DNA from: an uncultured delta proteobacterium
GTDB lineage: Bacteria; Desulfobacterota; RBG-13-43-22
Length of the DNA stretch: 64,000 nt
Assembly: GCA_963843145.1 (NCBI GenBank)
Contig: CAWJJC010000027.1
Coordinates: 384,001-448,000, forward strand
Direction of reading: 5' to 3'
Under the pieces are notes generated by a model. That model did no database searches. It saw only the letters and a program-made list of their open reading frames with translations, and was not told where the DNA came from. Positions 59,827-64,000 of this stretch are shown in pieces (within the stretch, counting starts at the first letter, position 1; each line of letters starts with the position of its first letter). The translations under genes and the position numbers were made by a program.

Positions 59827-60278
59827 TAATATCTCCAACTCTGCAACTCAATGATGTTGCCTTCCGGGTCGGCGCAATAAATAAAGGTCAAGAGCCCCAC
59901 CCCCTTCACCTCAGCGGAGGTAATTTCGCCTATCTTCCTGCCGCCATGGCCTAGGACGAGAGCCAATGTCTCCTTCACATCGTCTACCTCAAAGGCCAGG
60001 TGCATGATCCCTTCCCGGTTGGCGATGCTAGGCGATCTCGGCGCATTCTCGGAATACTGGTAGATTTCGAGCGTCGGCCCTTCTTCTCCGTACCCGGGAA
60101 ACCTCAAATGCACGCCCGAGAATTGAGCATTGGCCACCCCGGTCCCCTTACTCAGCCACTCGCCCCCGAGATGGCGTTCCGGCGGTACCGGGGCACAGCC
60201 GAACACCTCCTCATAAAATCGGGAAAGCCGGCGCCAATCCGCTGCTACTATATTCGTATGCTTGTATTTTGTTTTCAT
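59826..60278 (-). CDS. VOC/glyoxalase family protein (cassette)
   Basis: HTNIV..FYEEVFG, LEIYQY, HLAFEVDD, DPEGNIIELQ. Confidence 0.9.
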   Translation of the reverse strand: MKTKYKHTNIVAADWRRLSRFYEEVFGCAPVPPERHLGGEWLSKGTGVANAQFSGVHLRFPGYGEEGPTLEIYQYSENAPRSPSIANREGIMHLAFEVDDVKETLALVLGHGGRKIGEITSAEVKGVGLLTFIYCADPEGNIIELQSWRY

Positions 60279-60284
60279 ATTTTC

Positions 60285-60372
60285 GTCGAATGCGGCGTTG
60301 ACCCTTAGCCCGCAGCGTGTGGGGGTGGCCCGTGTGCGCAAGGGACATCGTGGTCCAATGTCCTGGTTGGAA
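60285..60372 (-). other. attC-like site
   Basis: Minus strand TTCCAAC..CATTGGACC...GGTCAACGCC.CATTCGAC; matching GTCGAAC after the VOC gene at 59495-59501. Confidence 0.5.
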
Positions 60373-60407
60373 GCAGTCGAACGTACCCCCGCTGGTGTCG
60401 TCAGCTA

Positions 60408-60800
60408 CTATTTCTTCTGGCAAGGCCAGGCTGTCTTGATAGCTTCTATGACCAGTTTGGCCGCTGGCAAATGTAATTTTTCAGGATGGTCCTCAAGATA
60501 TCTTCTAACAACTCGAATTGCCTGGGCAAGATTTACTATAGAAGGAATGCAAAGCAAAGACGGATTCTTTATTGACTGGCCGACGGCCCCGAGGTTATAT
60601 GTATCAATCGCACCTTCCACAAGTCCTTGACAAATTCCAGCAGCTTCGGTTGCCCTTCCTTTAACAAAATCATCGCAGAACTGAAGAAGATTTTTGCCAT
60701 AAGTACTGTAAGTCACCACGACCTCTTCTTCTCCAGCATAAACCGGTGTTGCTGCTAAAACAGCAAAACAAGCAAGAACTGTTATAATCATTTGTTTCAT
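60408..60800 (-). CDS. Rap1a/Tai-family immunity-like exported protein (cassette)
   Basis: Signal peptide; G..LLQFC, CQGLVEG, CIP, YLEDHPEKLHLPA..A...AWPC. Confidence 0.8.
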   Translation of the reverse strand: MKQMIITVLACFAVLAATPVYAGEEEVVVTYSTYGKNLLQFCDDFVKGRATEAAGICQGLVEGAIDTYNLGAVGQSIKNPSLLCIPSIVNLAQAIRVVRRYLEDHPEKLHLPAAKLVIEAIKTAWPCQKK

Positions 60801-60838
60801 TTTTCAACCTTCTTCCTGTTGAACAGTCGGTGTTGTCA

Positions 60839-60904
60839 TTTCAACGCAGAGCTAACCCGGAGTGGCCCGCCAGGGACACGATCCGGTTCATGCGGTTGTT
60901 AAAA
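60839..60904 (-). other. attC-like site
   Basis: TTTTAAC (overlapping the upstream stop)-AACCGCATGAACCGGA...TCCGGGTTAGCTCTGC-GTTGAAA imperfect palindrome. Confidence 0.65.
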
Positions 60905-62125
60905 ATCTCGCTTTTCCTCAGTAGTCCCCGGGTACTCGTCTTCATGAACTTTAATAAGTCTTGGATTTGCGAAGTAGCCAAATTCCTTTTGAGAATAGTC
61001 CATCCGTCCCTGCAACTCATAAGTCCATTGGGGGATATGCATGTGTATCAGATCAAAAGAATAACCCTTTCCATTCTCATATCTTTCCGTTGTCAAGCCT
61101 ATGACCGTACTGCGGTCTTGATGGAGCCCTCTGGCAACCAGACATCTGCTAAAGAGTTCAGCTTTCCGGAAATTTCTGTCTTCGTCGTGCGGGACGGCCA
61201 AGAAGACGTACGTTACGTCCGAATTTCCGAGAATCATCCTGGACCTGACTTTCTTTTCACGCGCAAGCTCATAGAACTCAACAAAGGATTTTCCTAGAAG
61301 CCGCCTGCCGAATCTATTCTCACGAGCCATCGTACGGACCGCTATTTCGGACTCGTTCAGGTCTGGACCAAATTCCAGATTACCATGCAGTATGTCATTG
61401 CTCAGAGTCTCAACAAGGCGGTCCCATGCATAGCTTACAGAATCGGCCTCCTTTTTTGCCTTATAGTACTCATTCTCTTTGAACCCTGCCCACAGGTTAT
61501 CGTCGATAACGAACAGGTCAACCTTCTCCGGGAATTGACGACCATTATGCAGATAGAAAGCCAGAAGATCCTCCTCTCCGCCTTGGAATAATGTTGTCTT
61601 TCCGGAAATATATAGTGCTTCTTTTGCAGACAGATAAGCAACAAAATCCTCTACCGTGTCCAATTCACCCATGATTACGTCCAGAGAGGTTTTATCAAAA
61701 ACGTGAACAAATCCTTTTCCGAAGTCCCCGAAGCTGATAGGAGCTTTGTCTTGGTCTCCAAGGGCGATAGCGACTCGATGAACCCGCCTGACCTCCCGAC
61801 TGGGTAGTTTTATCCCGGGGCTACCGTCGCTACGGATAACCTGGGATGACCCTACGAGCCATCTTTCTGCGCCGTATATCTGCTTGGCTGAGGCGTCAAT
61901 TGCCCGCTTCCTCCAGCGCTTCCAATCGACCGAGAAGTCACCACTTTCCGTCAGACCAATGTCTTTGACGCTGAATATTATGATATCGGGTTCGCACACC
62001 ACCAGTGTATCGCATAGTTCTTTTCCGTCCTTTCCAAGAGGATTTGGGTAGCTCCAAAGACACAAGAATGATCCTTTGCAGATATCGTAGACAAGCTGTT
62101 CAGACGCGTTGAAGAGTTCGCTCAT
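60899..62125 (-). CDS. Hypothetical protein with NERD/PD-(D/E)xK-like N-terminus (cassette)
   Basis: KELCDTLVV..IIIFSVKD..QIYGAERW; GTTAGAA core 15 nt upstream of the ATG. Confidence 0.6.
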   Translation of the reverse strand: MSELFNASEQLVYDICKGSFLCLWSYPNPLGKDGKELCDTLVVCEPDIIIFSVKDIGLTESGDFSVDWKRWRKRAIDASAKQIYGAERWLVGSSQVIRSDGSPGIKLPSREVRRVHRVAIALGDQDKAPISFGDFGKGFVHVFDKTSLDVIMGELDTVEDFVAYLSAKEALYISGKTTLFQGGEEDLLAFYLHNGRQFPEKVDLFVIDDNLWAGFKENEYYKAKKEADSVSYAWDRLVETLSNDILHGNLEFGPDLNESEIAVRTMARENRFGRRLLGKSFVEFYELAREKKVRSRMILGNSDVTYVFLAVPHDEDRNFRKAELFSRCLVARGLHQDRSTVIGLTTERYENGKGYSFDLIHMHIPQWTYELQGRMDYSQKEFGYFANPRLIKVHEDEYPGTTEEKRDF

Positions 62126-62340
62126 ATCATCTCATTGATTTCTAACAAGTTATTCTATTGTTTCTTCTAATTTACCAAAACCGGAAAATCTCCCAATAGA
62201 AGTAGACAAGGCGCGCACCCCGTATTAGTTGCCAAAAATTTCCGTATCCATTTAATAACATGAATATTTTCAACAATCCAATAGGAGATCAACGGCAATC
62301 CAATAGCGGGGATCATTCCGGATATCATGATTCTCACGAG

Positions 62341-62477
62341 ACAACCTCGCAAAAAGTCCAAAAACCTGTCATTGCGAGCGATGCGAAGCAATCCCCACCA
62401 TAGTAACTAGCTGATTCTGGGGGATTGCTTCGTCGCTTCACTCCTCGCAATGACAGCACTGGGGGCTTTTTGCGAAC
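62341..62477. repeat. REP/MITE-like palindromic element
   Basis: CTCGCAAAAAGTC..GTCATTGCGAG..GAAGCAATC / GATTGCTTC..CTCGCAATGAC..CTTTTTGCG. Confidence 0.7.
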
Positions 62478-62530
62478 ATATCTCACGAAATCAATAATAT
62501 TCGAGTGATTCCTGATGCCGATCCACCCAA

Positions 62531-62791
62531 TTATGACCCCTTCTCCCGCCTCCAGATCAGATCGCCGTCTTTATAGACTTCCCTGATCCGGTGGAAGGGG
62601 ATGGTGACCACCTCCCCTTCAGGCGTTTGCAGATCAAAAGAGAAGCTGTTTCCCTGCTCGAAGTGGAGCTCCCCCAGGGGAACCCGGATTACGATTCCCT
62701 CTCGGTGATCGAAGTAGCCGATCTCGAAGCGGCCCCGGCCGAAGTCCCTATCCCAGCGGATCCGGCTTAGAAGCTCGTGTATCGGTATCAT
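62531..62791 (-). CDS. DUF504 (MJ1316-like) protein
   Basis: IHELLSRIRWD..IGYFD..IPFHRIREVYKDG..IW. Confidence 0.82.
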   Translation of the reverse strand: MIPIHELLSRIRWDRDFGRGRFEIGYFDHREGIVIRVPLGELHFEQGNSFSFDLQTPEGEVVTIPFHRIREVYKDGDLIWRREKGS

Positions 62792-62897
62792 GGTTTTATG
62801 AATTTTAAAAGCGGCCCTCTCGGAGGCCATAAAAAGTCTTTTTTTCAATGGATGAATAAATTATTATAGCGAGAGATACGATTCAGCCATTATAAGA

Positions 62898-63470
62898 ATG
62901 AACGGCCAGCCTATGGAAAAAACGGTTTCCCTGCAATCCCACAAGATGAAAAAAGCGGCCCTGCGGGGCTTTCGGGAATGGAAACGACTGCTCCCTTCCC
63001 TGTCCTATCTGGATGAAACCACCCGTTTGCTGGACCTCCCCGATGACCTGATTCTTTTTTTCTGTGAAGATACCCCCCGGAGCCGGGTCCTGATCTACGA
63101 CCTGCTCATGGGAATTTACGGGTTGGGCAGCGGCTATGAATTCGAGTCCTTGCCGCCGGAAACGGTGAGCGCCCTGCTGGACCCTTATTTCCTGATTACC
63201 GACCAGATTCGCTTTGATTGCCTGCGTCGTCTGAACTGGACCCTGCCCTCCCCTGCTGCGGAAAGACCGATCGTCGAGTTGGTCCTGGAGATCCGGAATA
63301 AAATACCATCTGAATTTCTGGAAATTCCGCAGGCCACCCCGCAACATCCGGCCTACCCGCTGCTGAAGCCCGACAGCCTGATGGAACAGGCGGTGCTGAT
63401 CCGCAGGCTCCTGCCGGAGGCCATCAGCCAATTCCGGGAAAAAATCAGGGCTGAAGTCCCTAGAGGTTGA
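62898..63470 (+). CDS. Hypothetical protein
   Basis: 190-aa ORF with protein-like composition filling the gap; no recognised motif. Confidence 0.6.
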   Translation: MNGQPMEKTVSLQSHKMKKAALRGFREWKRLLPSLSYLDETTRLLDLPDDLILFFCEDTPRSRVLIYDLLMGIYGLGSGYEFESLPPETVSALLDPYFLITDQIRFDCLRRLNWTLPSPAAERPIVELVLEIRNKIPSEFLEIPQATPQHPAYPLLKPDSLMEQAVLIRRLLPEAISQFREKIRAEVPRG

Positions 63471-64000
63471 TCAAGGCATAACGGTGATGGTTCCCGGCGG
63501 GCCCGCGGTCACTTCTCCGATCACGGCGGCCTCCCGGATTCCCCGGGCCTTTAACCGGTTCAGCATTTCCGCCGCCCGGTTTTCCTTGACGGAAATCAGT
63601 AATCCCCCCGAGGTCTGGGCATCGGCCAGAATATCCAATAGGTGGGAAGGGATGGCTGGATCCACCGTCAGCGAATGGTGGCAAAAGTTGCGATTGGCAT
63701 ACGTCCCGGCCGGCACTAGACCCATTTGCGCATATTCTCGGGCAAAGGAAAGAATGGGTACCCGGGAGACCCGTAACACCATCCCGCATTGACTGGCGTT
63801 GGCCATTTCCAGCGCATGGCCCAGCAGACCGAACCCGGTGATATCGGTGCAGGCCTGGGCCCCCACCTCTTCCATTACTTCAGCCCCTACCCGATTCAAT
63901 TCCACCATGACGGCGATCATCGCCTCTTCCGCTTCCGGCGAGGAGAATTTACCCTTCAGGGCCGTGGAAATAATCCCGGTCCCGATGGGTTTGGTCAAAA
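63471..64000 (-). CDS. selD: Selenide, water dikinase, C-terminal part (runs off window)
   Basis: LTKPIGTGI, ACTDITGFGLLGH, DAQTSGGLL. Confidence 0.93.
   Translation of the reverse strand, partial: LTKPIGTGIISTALKGKFSSPEAEEAMIAVMVELNRVGAEVMEEVGAQACTDITGFGLLGHALEMANASQCGMVLRVSRVPILSFAREYAQMGLVPAGTYANRNFCHHSLTVDPAIPSHLLDILADAQTSGGLLISVKENRAAEMLNRLKARGIREAAVIGEVTAGPPGTITVMP

Noticed and set aside
1-64000. CRISPR array, tRNA or rRNA genes
   Set aside because: No regularly spaced repeat-spacer array, cloverleaf or rRNA-like sequence recognised by eye

Overview
Bacterial chromosomal window, GC-rich, with gene content suggesting an anaerobic Desulfobacterota-like organism (inference). It opens with housekeeping genes (proA start, proB, obgE, rpmA, rplU, RNase G), a B12 radical SAM gene and a PilZ protein gene. 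A decayed integron-type cassette cluster follows; one attC site holds an internally deleted group IIC-attC intron. Next is a ~15 kb minus-strand tungstate-linked cluster: ccsA/resB, a signal-peptide CxxCH protein probably fused to a tetrapyrrole-methylase domain, an APC permease, TBDR-ExbBD-TonB, a second exported tetrapyrrole-methylase homolog, a signal-less TupA, a porin and tupABC. Two copies of a 34-bp palindrome mark its promoters. A lexA-iRadA-PPB2-polB2 damage cassette is split by ~8.7 kb of defence cargo (two RM-like modules, a HEAT-repeat nuclease, a Ser/Thr kinase, TA modules). The rest holds lipid/hydrolase genes, a corrinoid methyltransferase plus LIV-type ABC island, a second attC cassette cluster and the 3' part of selD. 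Many accessory genes show small frameshifts that may be sequencing errors. All calls come from motif recognition by eye; no database searches were run.
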